From contig JARGNV010000004.1 in assembly GCA_029212465.1 (NCBI GenBank), forward strand, positions 41,580 to 105,579: DNA of 64,000 bases, given 5' to 3'. This stretch comes from Legionellaceae bacterium (GTDB lineage: Bacteria > Pseudomonadota > Gammaproteobacteria > Legionellales > Legionellaceae). A model generated the notes under the pieces. The model made no database searches and was not told where the DNA came from. It saw nothing but the letters and a program-made list of their open reading frames with translations. Positions 9,384 to 18,490 of the stretch are shown piece by piece (position 1 is the stretch's first letter; every line of letters starts with the position of its first letter). Both the position numbers and the translations under genes were made by a program.

Positions 9384-10400
9384 ATGCCAGCATACACCGA
9401 TATAGAAAAAGCAATCCTGAAAGGTAGAATCCAATCCACCTTAAACGAGCACTTAACCCCCCTAACAAGCGTATCCCCAACAGGAGCGCAATTGAAAGAA
9501 ATTGCTGAAAAACAAAAAAAGTTATCGCGTGAATATCAAGAAAAGCAGACGTCCTCGTCTGGAATTCAATCCAACCGCTCACGTATATTACCACGCCACC
9601 GTGCAGCATCATCAATCCTTATGCCGAACCGTATTTCGTTAACCCCCTATGATGGCAATGACAGTGATGAAGATAATTTCCCACCTGCCCAACATGCAGC
9701 GTCCCACATGCTCCCTTCTAAACAAAATTATCGTACAGAAGCAAACGCTCAACCTTCAGAGGCAGAAAAATATCAGAAAGAAAGGACTATTTTAGCCGAA
9801 AAAAGCGCTCTGTTAAAACAGGCATCAATGGAGTGGAATAGAAGTAATCATAGTAGCGCTCGACTAAAAGCCGCTTCACAGCAACCTATGACACATTTTG
9901 GCACACGCTTGTCTCACAAAGAACGTCTTGATGCGATAGAAACAACAGCACTTAACAATATTGAGGGCCGTGTAGACCCACTTTATTTATTTGAACAAAG
10001 AATCAGCTTATCGATAGATAAGCTGCTTAATAGGGAAAAACGAGATACAGCACAGTTTGAAAAAGAGCTTAAAGCACATATCTCAGAGCTTGCACGTGGC
10101 TTTAGACAATATGGCCAAGCTAAAATTGCAGATTATGCTGTTGCGTTTGGTAAAGCATTGCTAGGTGTTTTAGTGTCTATTCTTACGTCACCGGCACTTG
10201 CGGTCTCTTCTGAATATCGCAGAAATATAAGAAATACTTTCTTTGCAGGCCCTGAGACAGATGAAAGTCGCAATGTGCAAGCAAAATTAGGCAACCAATT
10301 TGTAACCGCGTTGCTGTCTAAAGCAAAAGAAGAACCAAAAGACGCCTCTTGTGAGGACATGCACGACTTTTATGAACTAAGAGGTAATGGCTATTATTAA
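9384..10400 (+). CDS. Hypothetical protein, low-complexity/coiled-coil, effector-like orphan
   Basis: AGGAG SD 7 nt upstream. I recognise no family. The C-terminal 30 aa are acidic. Confidence 0.6.
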   Translation: MPAYTDIEKAILKGRIQSTLNEHLTPLTSVSPTGAQLKEIAEKQKKLSREYQEKQTSSSGIQSNRSRILPRHRAASSILMPNRISLTPYDGNDSDEDNFPPAQHAASHMLPSKQNYRTEANAQPSEAEKYQKERTILAEKSALLKQASMEWNRSNHSSARLKAASQQPMTHFGTRLSHKERLDAIETTALNNIEGRVDPLYLFEQRISLSIDKLLNREKRDTAQFEKELKAHISELARGFRQYGQAKIADYAVAFGKALLGVLVSILTSPALAVSSEYRRNIRNTFFAGPETDESRNVQAKLGNQFVTALLSKAKEEPKDASCEDMHDFYELRGNGYY

Positions 10401-10414
10401 ATAAAGAAAAAAGC

Positions 10415-10425
10415 CCCTACTTGGG
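10415..10425. repeat. 11-bp target-site duplication CCCTACTTGGG (left)
   Basis: Identical copy at 11851-11861, directly outside the IS4-like inverted repeats. Confidence 0.8.
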
Positions 10426-11850
10426 TAATGCCAGTCAGTTAAGCTGACTGGCATTTTTATTTTCTCTTTTAGTAGGATATTTTTGAGGCCTTCGCTTTAC
10501 AACCCTTGGATAATTCCTCTCTCGCTTATCAGGTAAAACAAAGGCTTTTGCCATGTTCACCATATCACTCAATACTTTGGGTATTTTTCCTGGCGAAACA
10601 CTTGGTAACACAGTTAGTTCCCTGATTATATATGCTGACGCTTGATTAAAACTAAGCTGATTAAGCTCTATTCCATCAATAGAATATGCCATTCTCGCCA
10701 TTTGGAAGCGAATGAGATTATATGCCAAAAGAACACCCCAAAGTTCTTGGCGTATCATATCAGGCTTTTTACTTCTTAAGGTTAAGCGGTTTTGTAATAA
10801 ATATTGCTTCATTTCTCTATATCCAAGCTCTATTTCCCATCGCTGGCTATACAAACTAACTATATCTGCTGCTGGAAAGCGCATTGGATCAACCATAGAG
10901 GTTAGCATTTGAATAGTTTTTCCATTGACAGATTTTGTTAGCAGTCGAGCCGTAATTGTATCTGGCAAATCTGGCCATTTTTTTCTTGCCTGTGGGCACG
11001 GAGTTAACTCAATAATTTCTTGGTCTTTACCAAGCCGCCGTATCACTTTGTACTGCCGGTTTTTCTTTAATGGGATCAGCCAGTGTCGCTGTGTTCCGGT
11101 GGTGTGCCATCGGTGAAGTAACCCGAGAGAGTAAAAGCCTTTATCAAACACTGTTAGCGAGTGATCTGGCGTTTTATCAATAAGGTTTGCAGCAAGTTGC
11201 ATTTCATTAACTTCCACACTTGCAAATGAAGAGCCTGTAAGTAAATGGCTTGTCAGCTCCATCTGACAGACCATACGTACCTGCGGATAATCTGACTCGC
11301 TTACTTTGTTGCGAGTTCTCGAAAATGCCTTTTGATTTTCAGGTGAATCAGGAGTACGCCAAACAACGCCATCAACACCTAGCAACTTTAGGCCGCACCA
11401 GTTTGGATGGGGAGTTTGGTTGTTCCACAGAGCTTGAGTCTGTTCAAACACCTCTTTAACTGGCTCTTCTCCAAGGCGCTGTCTAGCTTGAACAACAGCA
11501 CTTGGAGCAACAAAAGGCCGATTTCCCGGAAGAACAATATCCAATTGATTAACAATTTGATTCATTGGTATGTGACGAAAAAGGGCCATGCCTACTACAC
11601 TCCAAACCATCATTTCTAAGGGCAAACGCCTTTTTCTAATCGTGACTGTTCCACTTCGATTCAAACTGGATTTTATTAAATCAGGAGATAAGTATTCGGA
11701 TAAACTTTGAAACTACTCTGAAGAAAATGATTGAATGCTATCTAAAGCTTGACTTAAAAACATAAAAAAAATCCGGTGACCTTACGATCACCAGATTTTG
11801 ATCTGATTTGCCAATTTTGCAAGTAGTTTTTACTTAACTGACAGGCATTA
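10426..11850 (-). mobile_element. IS4-family insertion sequence (1,425 bp)
   Basis: The IRs are TAATGCCAGTCAGTTAAG (10426-10443) and the reverse complement of 11833-11850 (TAATGCCTGTCAGTTAAG), a 17/18 match. There is an 11-bp TSD. Size, IR length and TSD length match what I recall for E. coli IS4. Confidence 0.85.
10435..11763 (-). pseudogene. IS4 InsG-like DDE transposase with an in-frame TAG at codon 17. The track ORF 10435-11664 is the TTG-initiated remainder.
   Basis: It has [16 protein letters not shown] (YREK) and [18 protein letters not shown]. The ATG at 11763 is in frame with the track ORF: MFLSQALDSIQSFSSE-TAG(11713-11715)[26 protein letters not shown] to stop is 443 codons. Confidence 0.75.
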
Positions 11851-11861
11851 CCCTACTTGGG
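11851..11861. repeat. 11-bp target-site duplication CCCTACTTGGG (right)
   Basis: Identical to 10415-10425. Confidence 0.8.
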
Positions 11862-12860
11862 GCTTTTTTCATGTATCAACGCCATTACAACATCTGGTCT
11901 ATCGGTAATAATGCCTTCAACCTGCATGTTAAGCATCTCTTTTGTAAGCGGAACATCTATGTCCATGCCGGTGCGATTAGCATCGGACCATGTCGCAACT
12001 TTCAAACCAAGCGCATGCGCACTATCCAAGTAGGCTTGTGTCATTTCCGCATCTTCAGCGTCCCACCACGCCCCCCCCAATGCTTTGATCATTTCAGGAA
12101 CAGAATTATGATAGTCTTTAAGTAAATATCCCCCGGTCCACTGACCTGCAATAGCAGGTGCACTGTGCCTCAATGTTTTTTCGTGTGCCACATCCGTTAG
12201 ATAAGCTGTTTCTACTGTAGGATTCAATTGCTGTAACAATTGCAAACAACGCCAATCATACGCTTGCACCTTTGTTCTATCCGAAACCCCTTCTGCTCTA
12301 ATCACAGCATCTACTGCGTGCGCCATTGCCTCAGGAGAAGCACTCAAATGAGGCTTGGTTGGGTCGGTTTTCAACTCTATCTGAAAACCAACAGGATAAG
12401 GTGCCGCTGCCTTCATCTCTCGAATCACAGCCTGCAAACTAGGAATTCGAGTTCCATCAAGTGGTTTTTGAACTGCGTAAATGGCTGCGTAATCCGTCAA
12501 TGGCTTGATGCGGCCCACATCATACTGTTGTAACGCTTTAAATGTTAAATTCTTGACAGCTATATCCGCTGCTTCAACCCAGTTCCCTCTGACATCTCTC
12601 GCAATTTCTGGGTCTAAAGTTAAACCATGATGTGCAACTAAAACATTATCTTTGGTCAATACAACATCTACATCCACATAATCGACTCGATGTGCTATAG
12701 CAACATGGAATCCTGGTAATGTATTCTCAGGTGCAAGCCCCCGCGCACCGCGATGCCCATAAACCGTTACACTCTCAGCAGGCAAGGCCACTAAGCATAA
12801 ACCAGCACATAATAAGTGCCGAAAAAATGTTATGAAACAATGTTGCATGTTATTAATCAC
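11853..12860 (-). CDS. Glycerophosphodiester phosphodiesterase family protein, secreted
   Basis: GDPD motif VYGHRGARGLAPENTLPGF and an N-terminal hydrophobic signal. Confidence 0.85.
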   Translation of the reverse strand: MINNMQHCFITFFRHLLCAGLCLVALPAESVTVYGHRGARGLAPENTLPGFHVAIAHRVDYVDVDVVLTKDNVLVAHHGLTLDPEIARDVRGNWVEAADIAVKNLTFKALQQYDVGRIKPLTDYAAIYAVQKPLDGTRIPSLQAVIREMKAAAPYPVGFQIELKTDPTKPHLSASPEAMAHAVDAVIRAEGVSDRTKVQAYDWRCLQLLQQLNPTVETAYLTDVAHEKTLRHSAPAIAGQWTGGYLLKDYHNSVPEMIKALGGAWWDAEDAEMTQAYLDSAHALGLKVATWSDANRTGMDIDVPLTKEMLNMQVEGIITDRPDVVMALIHEKSPK

Positions 12861-12950
12861 TTTATGCTCTAAATGTAATAATTGAAAGCATTATAGCTTA
12901 TTGCTTACCTTATACTCAATGCAAGCCATCATATAATAATCAAGAGACCA

Positions 12951-14243
12951 TCAAGATTCAGGATTTTCAAGACTTAACATCCCAGCGTTAAAGTCATACG
13001 CAAAAAGCTCTGCATAACGCCCCCAGTCAATCATGGTGCGCAATACCCTCTCTGCCTCTTTATCGCTAAAATAATCTTCCAGCTTTGTCAAAAAACGCTC
13101 ATCCGAAACACGATGCTTTGGCTTTTCATCCAATACATGACAAATATGACGCGCTAAAGGAATTGTTGACAGTAATTGCTCTGCAAACAAATGCTTTCTT
13201 GCCTGTAAATCTGCTTCTGAAAACTGTAAGCCAAGCGGTGTTAAATGAATATCGCCCGCTGAAATTTGGGCAAATCCTAATACTTCAAGCGTTTCTAAGA
13301 TAGGGAATAAGTCATCTACATGCATCATGATTTCATCAGCGAGCTCAGGCAAATCAATTTTTGCCTCAAAGGTTTTCATGGTTTCTATCAACCCTGACAG
13401 TTCGGAAGGATCAACCTGTGGTAAGCGATATCCCAAACCAATCTGACGTTCGCGCGTTGCATGCTTCGCCCGGCCATCAACCCCTGTTGTCATCAACATA
13501 TAAATTCTGTCTACCAAGGCGCGGCACTCCGGACGCTCTAAATCACGTGACGGCAGGCCATCTAACTTTAAATCCGCTCGAACAAAACCCGGATCGCTAC
13601 CTAGAATAATAATTCTATCTGCCAACATAACCGCTTCTTCAATATTGTGCGTAACCAGCAACATGGCATTTGTATTCGTTTTTTTCTCACGCCATAGCTC
13701 TAATAAATCAGATTTTAAGTTTTCCGCCGTTAATACATCAAGCGCTGAAAAAGGTTCATCCATGAGTAACACATCCGGATTCACCACAAGCGCACGTGCA
13801 AATCCAACACGCTGGCACATTCCGCCAGATAACTCACGCGGATAGGCTGACTCAAATCCATCTAACCCAATAATATCAATTGCTTCAATCGCGCGTTTTC
13901 TTCGGAGATCGCGACTTATACCAATAGCCTCAAGACCAAGCTCTACATTTTCAAGCACCGTTAACCAAGGCATTAAGGCAAATGACTGAAACACCATCGC
14001 AACCCCTGATACAGGTCCACGAATCCAATCGCCCCGATATCGAACACGTCCCTTAGTTGGAGAAATAAGCCCCGCCATAATACGCAACAAAGTTGATTTC
14101 CCTGAGCCAGACTTGCCTAAAAGCGCAACAATTTCGCCCTTTTCTAATGAAAAGCTAATATCTTCAAGCACCAATAATTCTTGTCCTGCCGACTTTTTGT
14201 AGGCTTTACGCACATGATCAAGGGAAATAATGGTCTCTGACAT
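12951..14243 (-). CDS. ABC transporter ATP-binding protein (nitrate/sulfonate/taurine type) with a long C-terminal extension
   Basis: Walker A GKSGSGKST, signature LSGGMCQR and Walker B LLMDEP, followed by a C-terminal domain of about 170 aa. Confidence 0.9.
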   Translation of the reverse strand: MSETIISLDHVRKAYKKSAGQELLVLEDISFSLEKGEIVALLGKSGSGKSTLLRIMAGLISPTKGRVRYRGDWIRGPVSGVAMVFQSFALMPWLTVLENVELGLEAIGISRDLRRKRAIEAIDIIGLDGFESAYPRELSGGMCQRVGFARALVVNPDVLLMDEPFSALDVLTAENLKSDLLELWREKKTNTNAMLLVTHNIEEAVMLADRIIILGSDPGFVRADLKLDGLPSRDLERPECRALVDRIYMLMTTGVDGRAKHATRERQIGLGYRLPQVDPSELSGLIETMKTFEAKIDLPELADEIMMHVDDLFPILETLEVLGFAQISAGDIHLTPLGLQFSEADLQARKHLFAEQLLSTIPLARHICHVLDEKPKHRVSDERFLTKLEDYFSDKEAERVLRTMIDWGRYAELFAYDFNAGMLSLENPES

Positions 14244-14244
14244 A

Positions 14245-15993
14245 CTAGCCTCTATCTAATTGAAAGCGCGCCTCAGCAAGACGATACAAAGGGCGCCAAA
14301 GCATCTGGTTAAACAATAAAACATAGATACACATCATTGCGGTACCCAGTGCAATTTCGGGAAAATGGCCTGCAACCGTATTGGCTTGAATATATTCACC
14401 AAGCCCCGTTGCACGCAAAGTTGTCCCCCCCCAACTCACCCATTCAGCAACAATGCTCGCGTTCCAAGCGCCTCCTGCCGCAGTAATTGCACCGGTAATA
14501 TAGTAGGGGAAAATGGCAGGCAGGCCCAATCTTCGCCACCATTGAAAACCACGTACTCCAAAATTTGAGGCGGCTAGATTTAAGTCTCTTGGAATCATTG
14601 AAGCACCAGCAATGACATTAAACAAAATATACCATTGTGTCCCTAAAATCATGAGCGGCGTTACCCATACCTGAACGTTCAGATGAAAACGCACAATGGC
14701 AATCACAAACAAGGGATAAAATAAATTAGCTGGGAAAGCCGCCGCAAGTTGAATAAGGGGTTGTACTTTTTGCACCCACCGCGGCCTCAGCCCAACCCAA
14801 ACCCCAACAGGAATCCAAAGCAGTGAGCTTAGAATAATTAGAACAATAACACGAAGTGCTGTAATCAGGCCTAAAAATGCCACATGTTTCACATCATGTA
14901 ATGTGATAGCTGGTGAAATAAACGCAAACAACTGATACGCAGCCCCAAAAAACACACCCCAAACGGTCCCATGCCAAAGCAACGCCATCATCAAACGAGA
15001 CCTAGGCGCCTCATCTCTTGAAACAGCGAATAATGCCCGGCGCGAAAACCAAGGAATGTTTATCACACGATCTTTTAGCCACGCAATGCCATCACGCGCA
15101 TATTCAAATAAATGGCTTTTACGTAACCAATCGAGAAACCATGATGCGTAAGGCTCATCATCTGGTGCAGCATCTAACTTGAACTTTTCAGACCATGCAA
15201 TCAGTGGCCTAAATAACATTTGGTCATACAAAAAAATAACAATAACCATCGTCAAAATAGCGTAGCCAATCGCTTGTAGGTTACCCTGCTCAATTGCAAA
15301 TGCAATATATGACCCCACTCCCGGCAAACGAATATTTTGATGTGAAACGGCAATCGCTTCTGACAATACCACAAAAAACCAGCTGGCAGACATCGACATC
15401 ATCATATTCCACAAAAGCCCCGACAATGAGCAAGGCACTTCAACTTTCCAAAAGCGCTGCCATGGCGATAATTGGAACATAGATGCCACTTCATGAAAAT
15501 CAGGTGGAACCGTTTTAACGGATTGATAAAAACTGAGCGTAATATTCCACACTTGAGCAGTAAAAATCACAAAGATAGAAGCACACTCAGGTCCAAGCAA
15601 GCTTCCCGGAAATAAATGAATAAAGCCTGTTACTGTAATGGCTAAAAAACTCAACACAGGCACTGACTGTAACACATCAATCATTGGAATAATCAAGCGT
15701 TCTGCCCGCTTATTTTTAGCTGCTAGCGTACCAACTACAAAAGTAAAGAGCAGTGAAAAGCCAAGAGCTATGAACATGCGAAGCACTGTTCGCAACGCAT
15801 AAAAGGGCAATGCTTTCGGGTCGAGTGAAATAGGTAGCGGTTGGCCCAGAGCGTAAGGTGTCGCCATTTGCTGCCCTGCCCGCCCTAGAAAAAACAACCC
15901 AAAAATCACGAGCACAAGCAATAGCAAATCCCAGCCATTAAAAAACCGACTAATTAAATTGCGATTTGCGCTGTAAACGCGATTTTTTTCCAC
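14245..15993 (-). CDS. ABC transporter permease with duplicated (fused) transmembrane domains
   Basis: 582 aa and polytopic. Adjacent to the ATPase with a 1-nt gap. Confidence 0.85.
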   Translation of the reverse strand: MEKNRVYSANRNLISRFFNGWDLLLLVLVIFGLFFLGRAGQQMATPYALGQPLPISLDPKALPFYALRTVLRMFIALGFSLLFTFVVGTLAAKNKRAERLIIPMIDVLQSVPVLSFLAITVTGFIHLFPGSLLGPECASIFVIFTAQVWNITLSFYQSVKTVPPDFHEVASMFQLSPWQRFWKVEVPCSLSGLLWNMMMSMSASWFFVVLSEAIAVSHQNIRLPGVGSYIAFAIEQGNLQAIGYAILTMVIVIFLYDQMLFRPLIAWSEKFKLDAAPDDEPYASWFLDWLRKSHLFEYARDGIAWLKDRVINIPWFSRRALFAVSRDEAPRSRLMMALLWHGTVWGVFFGAAYQLFAFISPAITLHDVKHVAFLGLITALRVIVLIILSSLLWIPVGVWVGLRPRWVQKVQPLIQLAAAFPANLFYPLFVIAIVRFHLNVQVWVTPLMILGTQWYILFNVIAGASMIPRDLNLAASNFGVRGFQWWRRLGLPAIFPYYITGAITAAGGAWNASIVAEWVSWGGTTLRATGLGEYIQANTVAGHFPEIALGTAMMCIYVLLFNQMLWRPLYRLAEARFQLDRG

Positions 15994-16114
15994 GCCACAA
16001 CCCCTTTTGATTAAAAAATAAAATAACCGAGAGATTTTACCGCGCTTTCAATCTGGGATAAAGCAACTATACTTTTAAACTAAGATCTTTTTCTTTGTGT
16101 ACGGAGAAACGCTC

Positions 16115-16903
16115 ATGAGCATAAGGCCCTTGGGTGATTCAAAAACAGGCGTTGAAACCTATGGTGGGTTGGAAGGACTCGAAGAACGTCTAGCAAACAT
16201 GAGACTCTCAATTCCAGAAGTGTTTGAAATGGGGTCCAACGAATTTCAGGCGCTGTATGACAAGAAATTTGAAGAAACGCGTACTATGTCCGGAAATGAG
16301 ATGCTCGCTCGAAGTGCTGACCTCATGAATCTCCGTAATTTACGCTTCAATTTAGAACAACAATATAAATATGACCTCATTGAACTTGCCGTGTCTAAAC
16401 AAGGGGCAGAATCTGTTGATGTGAATGCGCTTCATGCCAAAGGTACAGCTGACCTTGCAAACGGGGTCAGTATGCAAGAAATGTTGAACCTCAGAAAACA
16501 GGTGCTCTCTCAATGTAACTCACCCGAAGCAAAAGCATGGAATGAAATGCATGTCCGAGAAGCCGAATCATTAATGAGAGGAAAACTCTACCACAAGACA
16601 GAAGAAGAAAAAGCTGTAGATAAGCTATTTACTGCTACTGATAATGACTTAAAGTCTTCAGGCTCTTTCTTACAACGTTTTTTTAATGCCATCAAAAAAT
16701 GGCTTTTTGGTGAAAAAAGCTTAAAAGATGAAGCCATACCCCCTACAAAAACTAATTCTGAGTTAAAAGGTCAAATCGACATTGATGCAACCAAACATGA
16801 GCTAGATAAACAAATAGCCGATGCTGAAAAATCTGAGAGCCATCCGTTTAAAGCACCGGAAGCCGAACAGCCACGTCCTGATGATACCATCAACCCAAAC
16901 TAA
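16115..16903 (+). CDS. Hypothetical coiled-coil protein, orphan/effector-like
   Basis: The track start at 16097 is GTG. The ATG at 16115 has GGAGAA 7 nt upstream. I recognise no family. Confidence 0.55.
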   Translation: MSIRPLGDSKTGVETYGGLEGLEERLANMRLSIPEVFEMGSNEFQALYDKKFEETRTMSGNEMLARSADLMNLRNLRFNLEQQYKYDLIELAVSKQGAESVDVNALHAKGTADLANGVSMQEMLNLRKQVLSQCNSPEAKAWNEMHVREAESLMRGKLYHKTEEEKAVDKLFTATDNDLKSSGSFLQRFFNAIKKWLFGEKSLKDEAIPPTKTNSELKGQIDIDATKHELDKQIADAEKSESHPFKAPEAEQPRPDDTINPN

Positions 16904-16966
16904 GCGTCTCTACCTTGTGTGCAACAAAAAAATCGATCGTGCATAAAGTCTTTCCCCATCAATATC

Positions 16967-16994
16967 TTGCTCACACAAACCATCTGGGTATAAT
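16967..16994 (+). promoter_or_regulatory. Candidate sigma70 promoter of the gcv operon
   Basis: TTGCTC (16967-16972), a 16-nt spacer, then TATAAT (16989-16994), 36 nt upstream of the gcvT ATG. Confidence 0.3.
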
Positions 16995-17030
16995 CGAAGG
17001 TCCTCTTAAACATAAATTTAATAGGTCCCC

Positions 17031-18104
17031 ATGCTTAAAAATACCCCCCTGCATGCTGCACATCTTGCTGCAAACGCCAAAATGGTCGACTTTCATGGTT
17101 GGAATATGCCACTCCATTACGGCTCACAACTTAAAGAACATGAAGCTGTGCGTACAGATGCGGGCATGTTTGATGTCTCGCACATGACAGTACTCGATAT
17201 TCTAGGCGCAGGCGGACGCCAATTTTTGCGAAAACTACTCACAAATGATATCGACAAGCTCGAACATGTCGGGCGCGCCCTCTATAGTTGTCTATGTAAC
17301 GAGCATGGTGGCATTCTTGATGATTTAATCGTTTATCAGCGAACGGCTGACAATTATCGCCTTGTCTTAAATGCGGCAACTCGCGAGCACGTACTGCCCT
17401 GGATTCACGATAAAAGTAGCGGCTTTGCGACAGGACTACAGGAGCGTACCGAACTTTCAATGCTTGCTGTACAGGGCCCTAATGCCATTCAAAAAACACT
17501 CAAAGCACTCAGCCCTGCTGAAGCCGATGCCGTATCTACCCTGGCACCTTTTGAATGTGTCGACGTAGGAGACTTCTTTTTTGCACGCACAGGTTACACC
17601 GGTGAAGACGGTCTCGAAATTATTCTGCCGCAAACCCATATTGAAGCACTCTGGAACCATTTACTTGCACAAGATATTACACCGTGTGGGCTTGCTGCCC
17701 GTGACACATTGCGTCTTGAAGCAGGGCTACTTCTTTACGGTCAAGATATGGATGAAACGACAACCCCACTGAACTCAGGACTTGCCTGGACCGTTCAATG
17801 GGAACCACAAGACCGTGACTTTATTGGTATGACAGCGTTACTGTCTCAAAAACAACAAGGGGCCAAACAAAAGCTTGTGGGGTTAACCCTCGAAACACCA
17901 GGTGTTATGCGGCCAGGTCAAACCGTGTTTCTTGACGATAAAGAAGTAGGCACTATCACCAGTGGAACATTTTCCCCAACCCTTAAACATTCGATTGCAA
18001 TTGCGCGTGTTTTGACAACCGTTGACACCGAAGCCACGATTGATATACGTGGCAAACGCTTGCCCGTTACTGTAGGGAAGCCGCGTTTTCTAAAACACGT
18101 ATAA
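17031..18104 (+). CDS. gcvT: Glycine cleavage system aminomethyltransferase (T protein)
   Basis: Full-length GcvT-like sequence (FHGWNMPLHYGS, FDVSHM, TGYTGEDG). Confidence 0.95.
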   Translation: MLKNTPLHAAHLAANAKMVDFHGWNMPLHYGSQLKEHEAVRTDAGMFDVSHMTVLDILGAGGRQFLRKLLTNDIDKLEHVGRALYSCLCNEHGGILDDLIVYQRTADNYRLVLNAATREHVLPWIHDKSSGFATGLQERTELSMLAVQGPNAIQKTLKALSPAEADAVSTLAPFECVDVGDFFFARTGYTGEDGLEIILPQTHIEALWNHLLAQDITPCGLAARDTLRLEAGLLLYGQDMDETTTPLNSGLAWTVQWEPQDRDFIGMTALLSQKQQGAKQKLVGLTLETPGVMRPGQTVFLDDKEVGTITSGTFSPTLKHSIAIARVLTTVDTEATIDIRGKRLPVTVGKPRFLKHV

Positions 18105-18118
18105 AAAAGGAGTGATAC

Positions 18119-18487
18119 ATGAAATTTACAGAAACCCATGAATGGATCAATACAGAAGAAACGCCTGTCATTGTTGGCATTACTGAGCATGCCCAATCCT
18201 TATTGGGCGATTTAGTCTTTATCGAATTACCAGAAGAGGGACAAACCGTTAAAGCAGGGGACGAAGTGGGTGTGGTTGAATCTGTAAAAGCTGCTTCTGA
18301 TTTTTATGCGCCTATTAGTGGCACTATTGTTGCAGTCAATCATCAAGTGAAAGAAGACCCAGCTATTGTTAATCGTGATGCAGAAGGTGAAGGCTGGCTT
18401 TTAAAGATACAAGCAAACAATACCAGCGAGCTCTCAGAACTACTTGATGAACTGCAATATAAAAATATTATCCATGAGGACAAATAG
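18119..18487 (+). CDS. gcvH: Glycine cleavage system H protein
   Basis: Lipoyl-lysine motif VESVKAASD. Length 122 aa. Confidence 0.95.
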   Translation: MKFTETHEWINTEETPVIVGITEHAQSLLGDLVFIELPEEGQTVKAGDEVGVVESVKAASDFYAPISGTIVAVNHQVKEDPAIVNRDAEGEGWLLKIQANNTSELSELLDELQYKNIIHEDK

Positions 18488-18490
18488 TAC

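Noticed and set aside
16904-17030. Glycine riboswitch upstream of gcvT
   Set aside because: The 127-nt leader lacks the conserved GGAGAG...ACCGAAGGGGCAA-type cores and is too short for a tandem aptamer. Only a promoter-like TTGCTC/TATAAT pair was seen.
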